The position numbers were made by a program, and so were the translations under genes. A DNA stretch of 32,000 bases, from positions 60,001-92,000 of the forward strand of contig NZ_QLIR01000003.1 in assembly GCF_003428155.1 (NCBI RefSeq), read 5' to 3'. Source of the stretch: Fastidiosibacter lacustris (GTDB lineage Bacteria > Pseudomonadota > Gammaproteobacteria > Francisellales > Francisellaceae). The notes beneath the pieces were generated by a model, which saw only the letters and a program-made list of their open reading frames with translations, had not been told where the DNA came from and searched no databases. Shown here one piece after another: positions 8,130 to 17,537 of this stretch; within the stretch, counting starts at the first letter, position 1, and each line of letters opens with the position of its first letter.

Positions 8130-8798
8130 CTAGGAAAAATACTTAATACGTGGTAGATGCCAATTTTTATAAATCGCGCATAACCTTAAACAAAAGCCAA
8201 TGCCAATAATGGTAAGCGCACTAATAAGATTATCAATTTGAAAATAAAGCGTAATAGTATGTAGAAATCCAACTACAGCAGCGACAATCGCATAAAGTTC
8301 TGCCTGGAAAACCAAAGGTACGTCGTTACATAGGATATCTCTTAACACTCCTCCAGAAATTCCAGTGATAATGGCCATGATAATGGCAATAATAAAACTA
8401 CCGATTACAGTGAATCCATCATTGTTAACAGCATGCAAGGCAATTTTATAGCCAATATCGCTTCCAAGGTAGGCAAAGGTCACAAGACCAAGCGCATCAG
8501 CAATAAGGAAAAATTTATGTAGTCTTATGATATGTTTAGCAACAAAAATAGCAACAACTGATGCAAAGAAGGTAACAACAATATACTCAGGATAAAGTAT
8601 CCAAGTTAAAGGGTAATAACCCAGTAAGATATCACGTACGGTTCCACCACCGAGTGCAGTAATGGTAGCAATTGTAATAATCCCAAATAAATCCATATTT
8701 TTTCTACCTGCAGAAATGGTCCCAGACATGCTCTCAGCCGTAATTCCAATCACAAATAAGATTTGAAAAATAATAATTTTATCTACTAAAAATGCCAT
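8130..8798 (-). CDS. UPF0126 / TRIC-like trimeric intracellular cation channel family membrane protein (YadS/YicG-like)
   Basis: 222 aa, 7-TM-like, with the duplicated glycine motifs GGGTVRDILLG and GGVLRDIL characteristic of UPF0126. Confidence 0.8.
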   Translation of the reverse strand: MAFLVDKIIIFQILFVIGITAESMSGTISAGRKNMDLFGIITIATITALGGGTVRDILLGYYPLTWILYPEYIVVTFFASVVAIFVAKHIIRLHKFFLIADALGLVTFAYLGSDIGYKIALHAVNNDGFTVIGSFIIAIIMAIITGISGGVLRDILCNDVPLVFQAELYAIVAAVVGFLHTITLYFQIDNLISALTIIGIGFCLRLCAIYKNWHLPRIKYFS

Positions 8799-8843
8799 AT
8801 AATTAATCTTCTGAAAACCGCGAGGGGTATCATAACGCTAAGC

Positions 8844-9449
8844 TTAGCGACTACCAAGCTTTTTATATAGTAGATATGCAGATACGTCACCTTGTTGAGT
8901 CTGTTTTATGATCTCAAATAAATCAAGTTCTTTAGGTGGTGATTTGGTAGCAAATTCAGTATAGATAATTGTGTTAGTAGTAATATGAATATTATGATTA
9001 ATAATGTTAAGTGCGCGATCAAGTAGTTCGCTTTTAAAAGGAGGATCAAGAAAAATAATGTCATAGTTTATTGGGTTTTGCAGATGAGATAACACATTAG
9101 CGTGGAGAATATGAGCATTACCTATATTTAAACGTTGAGTATTTTGGTTTAAAAAAGCGAGTGCGTTTTTATCTAACTCGAATAAATCACAACTATGCGC
9201 TAACCTTGAGAGTGCTTCAAATCCTAATGCACCACTGCCTGCGAAAGCATCAAGACAGCGTGCATTTACTATATAAGGCATCAACCAATTAAAAAGTGTC
9301 TCGCGTAAGCGATCAGATGTAGGTCTTAAGTTGGGATCTATTGTTGGAAAAGAGATTTTGCGTGACTTATATTTACCAGCAATAATGCGCAGCTGGCTAT
9401 ACTGATTTTTAATAAGTGTTGATTTTTGAACGTTCTTTGGCATGACCAT
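8844..9449 (-). CDS. rsmD: 16S rRNA (guanine966-N2)-methyltransferase
   Basis: It aligns with E. coli RsmD (LRPT.DR.RETLFNWL, CLD.FAGSGALG.EALSR, DPPF). The start is either ATG at 9449 or 9443. The gene abuts the lptG stop codon. Confidence 0.88.
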   Translation of the reverse strand: MVMPKNVQKSTLIKNQYSQLRIIAGKYKSRKISFPTIDPNLRPTSDRLRETLFNWLMPYIVNARCLDAFAGSGALGFEALSRLAHSCDLFELDKNALAFLNQNTQRLNIGNAHILHANVLSHLQNPINYDIIFLDPPFKSELLDRALNIINHNIHITTNTIIYTEFATKSPPKELDLFEIIKQTQQGDVSAYLLYKKLGSR

Positions 9450-10519
9450 TACTCACGCATTTTCCAAAATAAAAAGCCTAGAATAAAGGTGAAAATGACA
9501 TTTGGAATTGCCGCACCAAAGAATCCGGGTAAGTTATAAACAAGGCTAAATGGACCAAACGTTTGATTAATAATGTAAAAACTAAAGCCAAACAGCATAC
9601 CAATAATAAATTTATAACCCAAAGCAGATGAGCGCATTGAACCTAATGAAAATGGTACTGCAATCAGCATAAGAATGATAAGTGATAAGGGTTGGAAGAA
9701 AGTTTGCCAGAATTTTAACCAGATACGGTTAGCATTTTGTTGTCCTTCTTTATTAACTTTGATGTAATCAATCAGCTCACTTAGGTTTAAATAATCTGTG
9801 TTAGAAGTAATGATTTTAAGTAAGGAGGGGGGCAATAAGTTATTCCAATATTGTTTAGCATCTTTGTAAACAACACTATTGTCTTTGCCAATTTGGGTAC
9901 TGACAACGTTATTGACTTGCCATTGTTTATTTTCAAAGGTTGCACTATCACCATGATCAATAGCAGTCAGTTGATTGTTATCAACCGTATATTTGGTAAC
10001 GTTGCTAAGTTTACCATCAGTATCATTTTTGCCAACGTGAATAAAAGCATTACCTTCTCGTACCCATAGTGTTTGCGTATCGTATAGTACTAAAGCTTCA
10101 TTACCACCTGTAGCAAGCGTTTTGTTAATAGTGGCTTGTTTTTGGAAATAAGGTGCAATATAAGCACCTGTTAAAAAAGTAATAAGTGCTAAGCAAAATG
10201 CGGCTAACAGTACGCCTTTTGCAATCTGACTAATTGATTGCCCAGATGCACGCATAACAATAAGCTCACTATTGTTAGCTAAAAGTCCTAATCCCATAAG
10301 CCCCCCTAATAATGCGCAAACAGGCATGATAAGGTAAATATTAGCAGGTGCCTGATATACTACATATAAAAAAGCTATTAGAGCTGTATACTTACCTTTA
10401 CCAATATCACCTGCTTGCGCAATATAGGTAAACAATAAGAAAATAGCAGTTAGTGCCAATATCATAATAAAAGAAGTATATAAAACAGTAGAGGCGACGT
10501 ATAAGGTCAGACGCTTCAT
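9449..10519 (-). CDS. lptG: LPS export ABC transporter permease LptG
   Basis: 356 aa of the YjgP/YjgQ permease family. It aligns with E. coli LptG (SELVVM.ASG, W.K.FQPLS, FGPL.LVY) and has a 4-nt overlap with the upstream lptF. Confidence 0.9.
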   Translation of the reverse strand: MKRLTLYVASTVLYTSFIMILALTAIFLLFTYIAQAGDIGKGKYTALIAFLYVVYQAPANIYLIMPVCALLGGLMGLGLLANNSELIVMRASGQSISQIAKGVLLAAFCLALITFLTGAYIAPYFQKQATINKTLATGGNEALVLYDTQTLWVREGNAFIHVGKNDTDGKLSNVTKYTVDNNQLTAIDHGDSATFENKQWQVNNVVSTQIGKDNSVVYKDAKQYWNNLLPPSLLKIITSNTDYLNLSELIDYIKVNKEGQQNANRIWLKFWQTFFQPLSLIILMLIAVPFSLGSMRSSALGYKFIIGMLFGFSFYIINQTFGPFSLVYNLPGFFGAAIPNVIFTFILGFLFWKMRE

Positions 10520-11610
10520 ACCTTTACCTCACTTTTTGCAGTCTGATAATAAAAAAGTTTGCCATTATAACGCTTGAGTATTATTAGCATAGTCACTGCA
10601 AAGATAATATGAATCCACCATAGCCCAATCCAGCTGGGAATTGTACCATCGTTAAGCCATGATTTAGATAAGGACAACAAGTTAAAGTACATGATACAGA
10701 CTAAAATAGCAGGAATAATTTTGCTATAACGGTTTTGGCGTGGGCGCATTTTAGACATTGCAAGCGCAATTAAAGTGGATACTAAAATTGCTAAAGGAAA
10801 GCTTAAACGCCATTGCAGCTCTGCTTGATAAAGTGGATTGTTACTGCCAAGTAACTCAAATGTAGGTACTGATTCGATGGAGGAGTTATAACCCACAGTG
10901 ACTTTAGAAGATATAAATTGAGTCGCTTCTTTGAATTCACCTTTTTGAAGCTCGGCTGTACCAGCTTGAGCATCATAAAAATAGCCATCTTTTAGAATTA
11001 GATACTGATTACCATCTGGACGCGTTTCAGCATAACCGATTGGCGCAGTAATGATGGTGCTGGCATTATTGGGTTTTTGTTGATAGATGAAGATATCGTA
11101 CATGGTGCCATCACTATCAGTTGATTTGGTATAGACAACTTGTTTGCCATCATTAAAAGGAATGATTTGACCTGGTTGAATAAAACTAATTAAAGAATTT
11201 TTTGTTGTGGTTTTTTGAACAAGGAAATAATTTTGGTCCATCTTAGGTAGAATGAATAAAGTCAAAATAATTTCGATAATAAATAAGCTTAAAGCGGGAA
11301 TAAGAATAAATTTAAATAGGCGAAACCAACTTGTTCCACAAGCAAACGCAACTGTCAGTTCATTGTTGGCAAATAATTTACCATAGACAATGAGGATAGA
11401 AAAGAAAAAACTAATGGGCAGAAGATATGCAATATATTTAGGTAACATTACTGAAATCATTTTAAACACGGCATCTGCTTCAATATTACCACCTGAAACA
11501 ATAGACAAATATCGAACAAACATGTTGCTGATCACAATTAGTAGCAAAATTAATATAATTGCCATTGTCATATTGACCAATTCACGGTTTAAATAGCGCA
11601 GTAAAATCAA
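10516..11610 (-). CDS. lptF: LPS export ABC transporter permease LptF
   Basis: 364 aa. The N-terminus MILLRYLNRE matches the E. coli LptF MIIIRYLVRE. It carries the NELTV..ACG motif and is paired with lptG. Confidence 0.9.
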   Translation of the reverse strand: MILLRYLNRELVNMTMAIILILLLIVISNMFVRYLSIVSGGNIEADAVFKMISVMLPKYIAYLLPISFFFSILIVYGKLFANNELTVAFACGTSWFRLFKFILIPALSLFIIEIILTLFILPKMDQNYFLVQKTTTKNSLISFIQPGQIIPFNDGKQVVYTKSTDSDGTMYDIFIYQQKPNNASTIITAPIGYAETRPDGNQYLILKDGYFYDAQAGTAELQKGEFKEATQFISSKVTVGYNSSIESVPTFELLGSNNPLYQAELQWRLSFPLAILVSTLIALAMSKMRPRQNRYSKIIPAILVCIMYFNLLSLSKSWLNDGTIPSWIGLWWIHIIFAVTMLIILKRYNGKLFYYQTAKSEVKV

Positions 11611-11869
11611 TAATTCACCCTCTAAGTGTTTGTTTTAAGCTTAAACGTTTTTTATTACTTAATTATTTCTCACAATAAACTCTAGATGACTACCTTTAAA
11701 AGGTAGCACACTCATCTCAAATGTATTTTGGAATCTAATAAGAACCTCATTAAAGTTTGTAACCTTAATAAATAAATCTGGGTGTATTTTACATGAATCT
11801 ATCAGAAAATCAGTTATTTTGCGCATTGATTTTTATGTTGTTACAATTAGACTAACATAACATATTTCT

Positions 11870-12529
11870 TCAATTGCTGTTAAATTTTTGACTTACCAAC
11901 CAGCTGTTGATATCTCTTGTTAGTGTTTGACTGAGTTTGTTAGTGGCGATTGCAAAACCTTTTGCGTTTGCATCTGATTTTTCTGTTAAGTCGAACGTTT
12001 GAATTGCAACAACTTTTCCTGAGTTAGCATTGGTTAGTGTATAAGTCACAGATAGGATAACACTACTATTACCATTTTGAATTAGCTGTGTTAACTGATT
12101 TAAATTTCCAGTAAGCCGATAATCGGCGTAGCCAATGAAGTTACTTGAAACAACATTTTTAAAATTATGAAATTGAAGCAAGGCTTGCAACGTATTTCTG
12201 CTTAACATTTGTTGAGGAGGAACTGCCCAACTGTTCTCACTATAACTTAATAACTGATATGATGTGTTTTCACGATAATACATTACGGTTGAATTATAAG
12301 GCTCAGCAGCAGTTAAGGGTGTAACAAATAAGGTCAGGTTATAACTTTTGTCAGGCTGTGAAATTGCTTCTCTCTGATCACCTTGATCTTTTTGAGTTTG
12401 TAAATTAGGAGGAAGTATTTGATATTGTTTGGTTTCTGGAGTTGAAATTGGCGCTAAAACGCCACAGCCACTTATTAAAAGTGTTGAACAGATTGCTAAA
12501 ATAACTTTTGGGGAAGTAAACTTGATCAT
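11870..12529 (-). CDS. ABC-type transport auxiliary lipoprotein (PqiC/YmbA-like, DUF330-type)
   Basis: 219 aa with a lipoprotein signal and lipobox LLISGC. It resembles E. coli PqiC in pattern (QYQIL after the Cys, NSWAVPP..ML...L, Y.L.G.L). It is the last gene of the MlaE/MlaF/MCE operon, 2 nt after the MCE gene. Confidence 0.7.
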   Translation of the reverse strand: MIKFTSPKVILAICSTLLISGCGVLAPISTPETKQYQILPPNLQTQKDQGDQREAISQPDKSYNLTLFVTPLTAAEPYNSTVMYYRENTSYQLLSYSENSWAVPPQQMLSRNTLQALLQFHNFKNVVSSNFIGYADYRLTGNLNQLTQLIQNGNSSVILSVTYTLTNANSGKVVAIQTFDLTEKSDANAKGFAIATNKLSQTLTRDINSWLVSQKFNSN

Positions 12530-12531
12530 CG

Positions 12532-13437
12532 TTATTCTCCAGTGTTAGGTTTTTGAGATAATTCCCCTCGTACTAAAATTGAAGGGTTATGGTTGAGTTT
12601 TTTAATGAGTACTGAAAGTTCTAAAGAAGTTTGGTTAACATTATCTAATGTCTGTACTAATTGTGGCAATAAGACATTATTGATTCCCTGTAGAGTCTGG
12701 TTATTAAAACTTGCTATGATAGAGCTTACATCATTTGACGCTTGAGCGACTGATTTAGACGCAACATTTATGTTATTTATTATCTGATCAAAATAAGCAG
12801 AGCTTTTAGCTGTGTTGTTTAAAATAATATTCAAAGATTCTAGGCTTTGATAAATGTTGTGACCACTTGTCGCAAGCGAGTTCGAAATATCTTCAATATT
12901 TGTCATGATATGATTGATCTTTTGAACATTTTCATCACTGATAATATTAGTAACACGTGTAGAAATTTGGCTTATTTGATCGGCAACAACGCTCATTTGA
13001 TTAACAATATTGGTTAAAAAAGAAGGTTTGGTTTTAACAACTGAGTAAGGCGGTTTGGAGCTTGGCTCAATAAGCTCTCTGGTTGTATCTTTGTCAATAG
13101 ATAACGTAATAAAAACTTGTCCTGTAATACCTTGAGGTACCAAATTTGCATAGGTTGTGGTGTAGATAGGAATGTCTTGTTGAATTTGCATGACGACAAT
13201 CACAATACTGGGATTCTCTTTATCAATCCTAATACTTTCGACTTTCCCGACATTAACACCATTATAGTTAATTGCAGCATTAACATTTAATCCGTTCACT
13301 GATTCATTAAAACGCGCAATATAGGTATTATATTTAATATCTTTTAAGCCAAAGGTAAGCCAAAAACCAATAAATATCATGAGCAAACTTGTGATAATAA
13401 TGAACAAACCTGCGATGAAATAACGATTGTTTTTCAT
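12532..13437 (-). CDS. MCE-domain (MlaD-family) protein with a long helical C-terminal extension
   Basis: 301 aa with one N-terminal TM helix and an MCE domain (Y.ARFNESVNGLNVNAAINYNGVNVGKVESI...GITGQVFITL). About 150 aa of N/Q/S/I-rich, helix-prone sequence follows. Confidence 0.85.
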   Translation of the reverse strand: MKNNRYFIAGLFIIITSLLMIFIGFWLTFGLKDIKYNTYIARFNESVNGLNVNAAINYNGVNVGKVESIRIDKENPSIVIVVMQIQQDIPIYTTTYANLVPQGITGQVFITLSIDKDTTRELIEPSSKPPYSVVKTKPSFLTNIVNQMSVVADQISQISTRVTNIISDENVQKINHIMTNIEDISNSLATSGHNIYQSLESLNIILNNTAKSSAYFDQIINNINVASKSVAQASNDVSSIIASFNNQTLQGINNVLLPQLVQTLDNVNQTSLELSVLIKKLNHNPSILVRGELSQKPNTGE

Positions 13438-13448
13438 ACTTTTATACC

Positions 13449-14231
13449 TTAAATTACGTTGTTAACCGTGGTTTTAGGACCATTAAAAAAGTTATTTAAA
13501 TTTTCATACTGTGTCATTTTTACAGCATTTTCTACAGTATCGTGCACAAGTATGCGTTTATCATCGATATAAACAACTTCATCAACGATACGCCAAATGC
13601 TTTTTAGTTCGTGTGTAATCATAATAATTGATAGATTAAGACCTTGTTTTAACTGTAAGATGAGCTGATCTAGCTCATACATTGAATGAGGATCCAATCC
13701 AGCTGAAGGTTCATCAAGAAAGATAATAGCAGGATCAAGTGCAAGTGTTCGCGCAAGTGCAACGCGCTTTAGCATACCGCCACTTAACTGTGAAGGATAT
13801 TTATTGTAAGCATCTTCCTTGAGTCCAACCATTTTAAGTTTAAGTCTAGCAAGGTCGATGACGATATCTCGACTAAATGATGTATATTCTTGTAGCGGAA
13901 ACATGACGTTTTCAAGAGAAGTTAGTGCGCTAAAAAGTGCACCTCCTTGGAACATCATACCCATTTGACTTGCAAACTCGCGCCTTTTAATTTCATCGTC
14001 GTATAAGTCAGATATCTTATGCCCAAGTAGAAAAATCTCACCTTCGGTGACAGGCTGTAACATCAAGATTTCTCGAATTAATGTGGTTTTGCCTGAACCG
14101 CTACCACCAATGATCGCAGTAATATGGTGAGGATAGATAGACAAGTTAAGATTTTTATGTACCCATACACCATCAAAACACGTCCCTAAGTTTTTAACTT
14201 CAATAATCGGTTGATTATCAATCTTATGCAT
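13449..14231 (-). CDS. ABC transporter ATP-binding protein (MlaF-like)
   Basis: 260 aa with Walker A GGSGSGKTT, signature LSGGMLKR, Walker B IIFLDEP and an H-loop ITHE. Confidence 0.9.
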   Translation of the reverse strand: MHKIDNQPIIEVKNLGTCFDGVWVHKNLNLSIYPHHITAIIGGSGSGKTTLIREILMLQPVTEGEIFLLGHKISDLYDDEIKRREFASQMGMMFQGGALFSALTSLENVMFPLQEYTSFSRDIVIDLARLKLKMVGLKEDAYNKYPSQLSGGMLKRVALARTLALDPAIIFLDEPSAGLDPHSMYELDQLILQLKQGLNLSIIMITHELKSIWRIVDEVVYIDDKRILVHDTVENAVKMTQYENLNNFFNGPKTTVNNVI

Positions 14232-14233
14232 AT

Positions 14234-15373
14234 TTATATTCCAATAGTGCTAAATAAAATTGAAAATAGCGCATCGGTTACAATGATTAAAAAGGTTGAA
14301 TAAACGACGCTTTTAGTTGTTTCTTGACCGATACTTAATGAATCATTTTTAACAATAGTCCCGCGATAACAGCCAACGGCTCCAATGATGATCGCAAAAA
14401 AGGGTGCTTTGATTAAACCTGTCAAGTAGTTATTAAACGATACAGCAGTAGAAAAGCGCTGGATAAAGTCATAAAAATTAATGCCAAGCGAGGCTTTTGC
14501 CATTACCATTCCGCCAATACAACTGATAATGTCAGCAATGACAATCAGTAAAGGTAAGGCTATAACCATGCCAATAATTCTAGGCAGAATCAAGCGTTTA
14601 ATAGGACTAATACCAAATGTTTTAAGTGCATCAATTTCTTGCTGAACTTTCATGGTGCCAAGCTCAGCGGTAAAAGACGAAGCGGAGCGTCCTGCGACAA
14701 TAATAGCGGTAATCAAAGGTGCAAATTCACGCAAAAGTGAGATGCCTAACAAATCGACCACAAAAATATTAGCACCATAAATTTTAAGCTGTGAACCAAT
14801 CTGATAACAAAGTACGATACCAATTAAAAAGCAAAGCAAAGATACAATAGCAATCGCTTTGACTCCTGTTTGGGTGATGATATCAAGAAGTAAGCGCCAC
14901 TGTGTAGCAAAAGGAGTGCGTATTACTTGTAAATAACTCATTACGGTTGCACCAATAAAGGCAACCAGATTTTTACTATCTTTGATGTAGTTGGTTGTCT
15001 GCTCGCCAATTTGATACACTTTTTCGTAAGTATTTAAAGGCTGGAGGCTACTATCATAAACGGTATAATTTTTGGCAATAAGGCTAATCAAACTTATTTG
15101 TGTTTCAGTTGCAACAAGACTTACATTTTTAAGTATTTGCTGAATTTTGTAAATGAAATAAGCTCCCATGGTGTCAAGTCTTTCAATATATTTAATATCT
15201 ATTTGCTCAATAGTTTTTTTAAGGGATTTGATTTTATTGATAATATTTTGGTCAATCGAGTGCCAACACCACTGACCATTTAGCATCAATGTTGATGCTT
15301 CAACATGAAAGTGAGCCTGTTTTTTATTCTTTATACTTTTTTTGCTTTTCATCCGTGCACTTAAGTAAGTCAT
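14234..15373 (-). CDS. MlaE-family ABC permease with an N-terminal STAS-like extension
   Basis: 379 aa. The C-terminal ~260 aa have MlaE-type TM topology and motifs (REFAPLITAIIVAGRS.S.FTAELGTMKV..EIDAL, GGLIKA.FFA). The N-terminal ~100 aa are soluble and resemble a STAS / anti-sigma-antagonist domain (L.L.G.W....D...IERLDTMGAYF). Confidence 0.85.
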   Translation of the reverse strand: MTYLSARMKSKKSIKNKKQAHFHVEASTLMLNGQWCWHSIDQNIINKIKSLKKTIEQIDIKYIERLDTMGAYFIYKIQQILKNVSLVATETQISLISLIAKNYTVYDSSLQPLNTYEKVYQIGEQTTNYIKDSKNLVAFIGATVMSYLQVIRTPFATQWRLLLDIITQTGVKAIAIVSLLCFLIGIVLCYQIGSQLKIYGANIFVVDLLGISLLREFAPLITAIIVAGRSASSFTAELGTMKVQQEIDALKTFGISPIKRLILPRIIGMVIALPLLIVIADIISCIGGMVMAKASLGINFYDFIQRFSTAVSFNNYLTGLIKAPFFAIIIGAVGCYRGTIVKNDSLSIGQETTKSVVYSTFLIIVTDALFSILFSTIGI

Positions 15374-15512
15374 CTATGATTAAACAACTAAAATCAAAGT
15401 ATATCTATTTATTGCTATCTCAGTCGATGATTTTATGTAAAAAGTCTCTATACCAAAGAAAAATCTGTATGAAAAAATGTATTTTTTTTATAGAAATGTC
15501 TGTGAAAAGTGG

Positions 15513-17537
15513 TTATTGAGCATTATTAATAAATCGATTTTTAAGTGTAGCTAGGTTACTTTTAGCAATATCTTTACGTTCTTGGTGGTTAGACTCGGAT
15601 TTCCCACTCCAGCTTAAATCATCTTGTGGCAGTTCATCAAGAAAGCGACTGGGGTATGAAACGATGGATTCACCAAACTTTTTGCGTGCTTTGGTTAACG
15701 TTAAGGTGAGAGTGTATTTCGCTCGTGTAATCGCAACATAAGCTAAGCGACGCTCTTCTTCAATAAAGTCATCATCAATGCTTTGCTGATGAGGTAATAG
15801 TCCTTCTTCAACTCCCATAATATAGACATGAGGATACTCTAAACCTTTTGATGCGTGGACGGTTAGAATTTGAACTTTTTCGTCTTGTTTTTGCTCTTGC
15901 TGACGATCGATAATATCCAGTAGAAGCATACGATTAATAATTTCAGCAAAATGGAGCTCTTTCTCATCGTCTTGTGGTTTTTCAGTAATCCAATCAATTA
16001 AATCAAGGATATTCTTAAAGCGTTTTTCTGCCTGCTGGAGGCTACTTGCGTTATCAGTAAGCCATTGTTCATAGTGAATATCTGTCATAAGTGAAATTAA
16101 GCTTTGGCGAAGCGTATCAGGATGTTTAATTTTTTGTTGATAGTGGCAGATAAATTGATGGAATTGTTTAAGTTTATGAAGTGCAATAGGTTTAAGCTCA
16201 TTTTCTAAGCCTATTTCAGTGATTGCATCAAAAAGCGCTATCTGACGGCGACTGGCATATTGACCAAGCTTTTCTAAGGTAGAAGGACCAATTTCACGCC
16301 TGGGAGTATTAATTATACGTAAAAAAGCACAATCATCGTTACTATTGATCAAAAGTTTAAAATAAGCTAAAACATCTTTTATTTCTGTTTTGGCAAAAAA
16401 TGAGCTGCCACCACTGATCGCATAAGGAATTTTATACAGTTGAAAATAACGTTCTAACAAAAAAGATTGGTGATTACCACGTATAAGGACCGCATAATCT
16501 TTAAAATAAGTATTATTTTTAATTTTATGTGTCATGATTTCACTTGCAATGCGTTGTGCTTCATCCTCTTCATTTTTGGTGATTAGTACGCGAATTGGTT
16601 CGCCATAATTATGCACTGACCACAGTTTTTTATTAAAGAGATGTGGATTATTGCCAATAAGGGTGTTAGCAGCATGTAAAATGCGACCGCTGGAACGATA
16701 ATTTTGCTCAAGTTTAATAACTTTTAATGTAGGGTAATCTTGTTGTAATGCGAATAGATTTTCAGGTCGTGCGCCACGCCAAGCATAGATTGATTGATCA
16801 TCATCACCAACGACGGTAAATTGTTTGCGCCTGGCAACCAAAAGTTGCATAAGCTGATATTGGCTTTCATTAGTGTCTTGATATTCATCGATTAAAACAT
16901 AATGCAATTTGTTACTCCAATATTCGGCTACTTCAGAATGAGTTTGTAAGAGTTGTACAGGAATAAAGATTAAATCATCAAAATCAACAGCATTATAAGC
17001 CTTAAGATATCGTTGATATTGGATATAGATTTCATGTGCTTGTTTGATATTACTATTTTTAGTAGAAAGGTTGACTTGATCAGGCGTCAAAAGAGCATTT
17101 TTCCACAGAGAAATTTGATGTTTAATTTCAGCTGCAACTTGCTTGGTTACTTGAAAAGCGCTATATGCGATTTCATGGATGAGTGTAAGTGAATCTTGTT
17201 CGTCAAATAATGTGAAATTTGCTTTATAGCCAAGTTTTGCATGGTGTTTACGAAGCAGGTTAAGTCCTAAGTTATGAAAAGTCGAAATGCATAAGCCGCG
17301 TGTATTGTCATTTTCTAAGCGTGATAATACACGTGTTTTCATCTCTTTAGCGGTTTTATTGGTAAATGTAACAGCAAGAATACTACTTGCACTGTAATGA
17401 CAGGTTTGAATCAAATACGCAATTTTCTCAGTAATGACACGTGTTTTACCACTGCCTGCTCCAGCTAAAACTAAGAGAGGACCACTGATATATTTGACTG
17501 CTTGTTGCTGCTCAGGATTAAGTTTATGCATAATCAT
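15513..17537 (-). CDS. rep: ATP-dependent DNA helicase Rep (SF1, UvrD/Rep family)
   Basis: 674 aa, which matches Rep length rather than UvrD. The N-terminus LNPEQQQAV....GP.LVLAGAGSGKTRVIT.KIA.LI closely matches E. coli Rep. Helicase motifs DEYQDT, VGDDDQSIY.WRGA and TVHASKGLE are present. It overlaps the ygfZ stop by 4 nt. Confidence 0.9.
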   Translation of the reverse strand: MIMHKLNPEQQQAVKYISGPLLVLAGAGSGKTRVITEKIAYLIQTCHYSASSILAVTFTNKTAKEMKTRVLSRLENDNTRGLCISTFHNLGLNLLRKHHAKLGYKANFTLFDEQDSLTLIHEIAYSAFQVTKQVAAEIKHQISLWKNALLTPDQVNLSTKNSNIKQAHEIYIQYQRYLKAYNAVDFDDLIFIPVQLLQTHSEVAEYWSNKLHYVLIDEYQDTNESQYQLMQLLVARRKQFTVVGDDDQSIYAWRGARPENLFALQQDYPTLKVIKLEQNYRSSGRILHAANTLIGNNPHLFNKKLWSVHNYGEPIRVLITKNEEDEAQRIASEIMTHKIKNNTYFKDYAVLIRGNHQSFLLERYFQLYKIPYAISGGSSFFAKTEIKDVLAYFKLLINSNDDCAFLRIINTPRREIGPSTLEKLGQYASRRQIALFDAITEIGLENELKPIALHKLKQFHQFICHYQQKIKHPDTLRQSLISLMTDIHYEQWLTDNASSLQQAEKRFKNILDLIDWITEKPQDDEKELHFAEIINRMLLLDIIDRQQEQKQDEKVQILTVHASKGLEYPHVYIMGVEEGLLPHQQSIDDDFIEEERRLAYVAITRAKYTLTLTLTKARKKFGESIVSYPSRFLDELPQDDLSWSGKSESNHQERKDIAKSNLATLKNRFINNAQ

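Noticed and set aside
11690-11706. Near-palindrome CTACCTTT-A-AAAGGTAG in the gap between lptF and the MCE operon.
   Set aside because: It is short and AT-rich with no flanking U-tract. I found no other copy in the window, so it is not a REP-like dispersed repeat here.
15289-15519. 76-aa plus-strand ORF spanning the gap between the MlaE-type permease start and the rep stop.
   Set aside because: It begins inside the permease CDS on the opposite strand, has no SD and no recognisable features. The 139-bp gap is better explained as the promoter region of the MCE operon.
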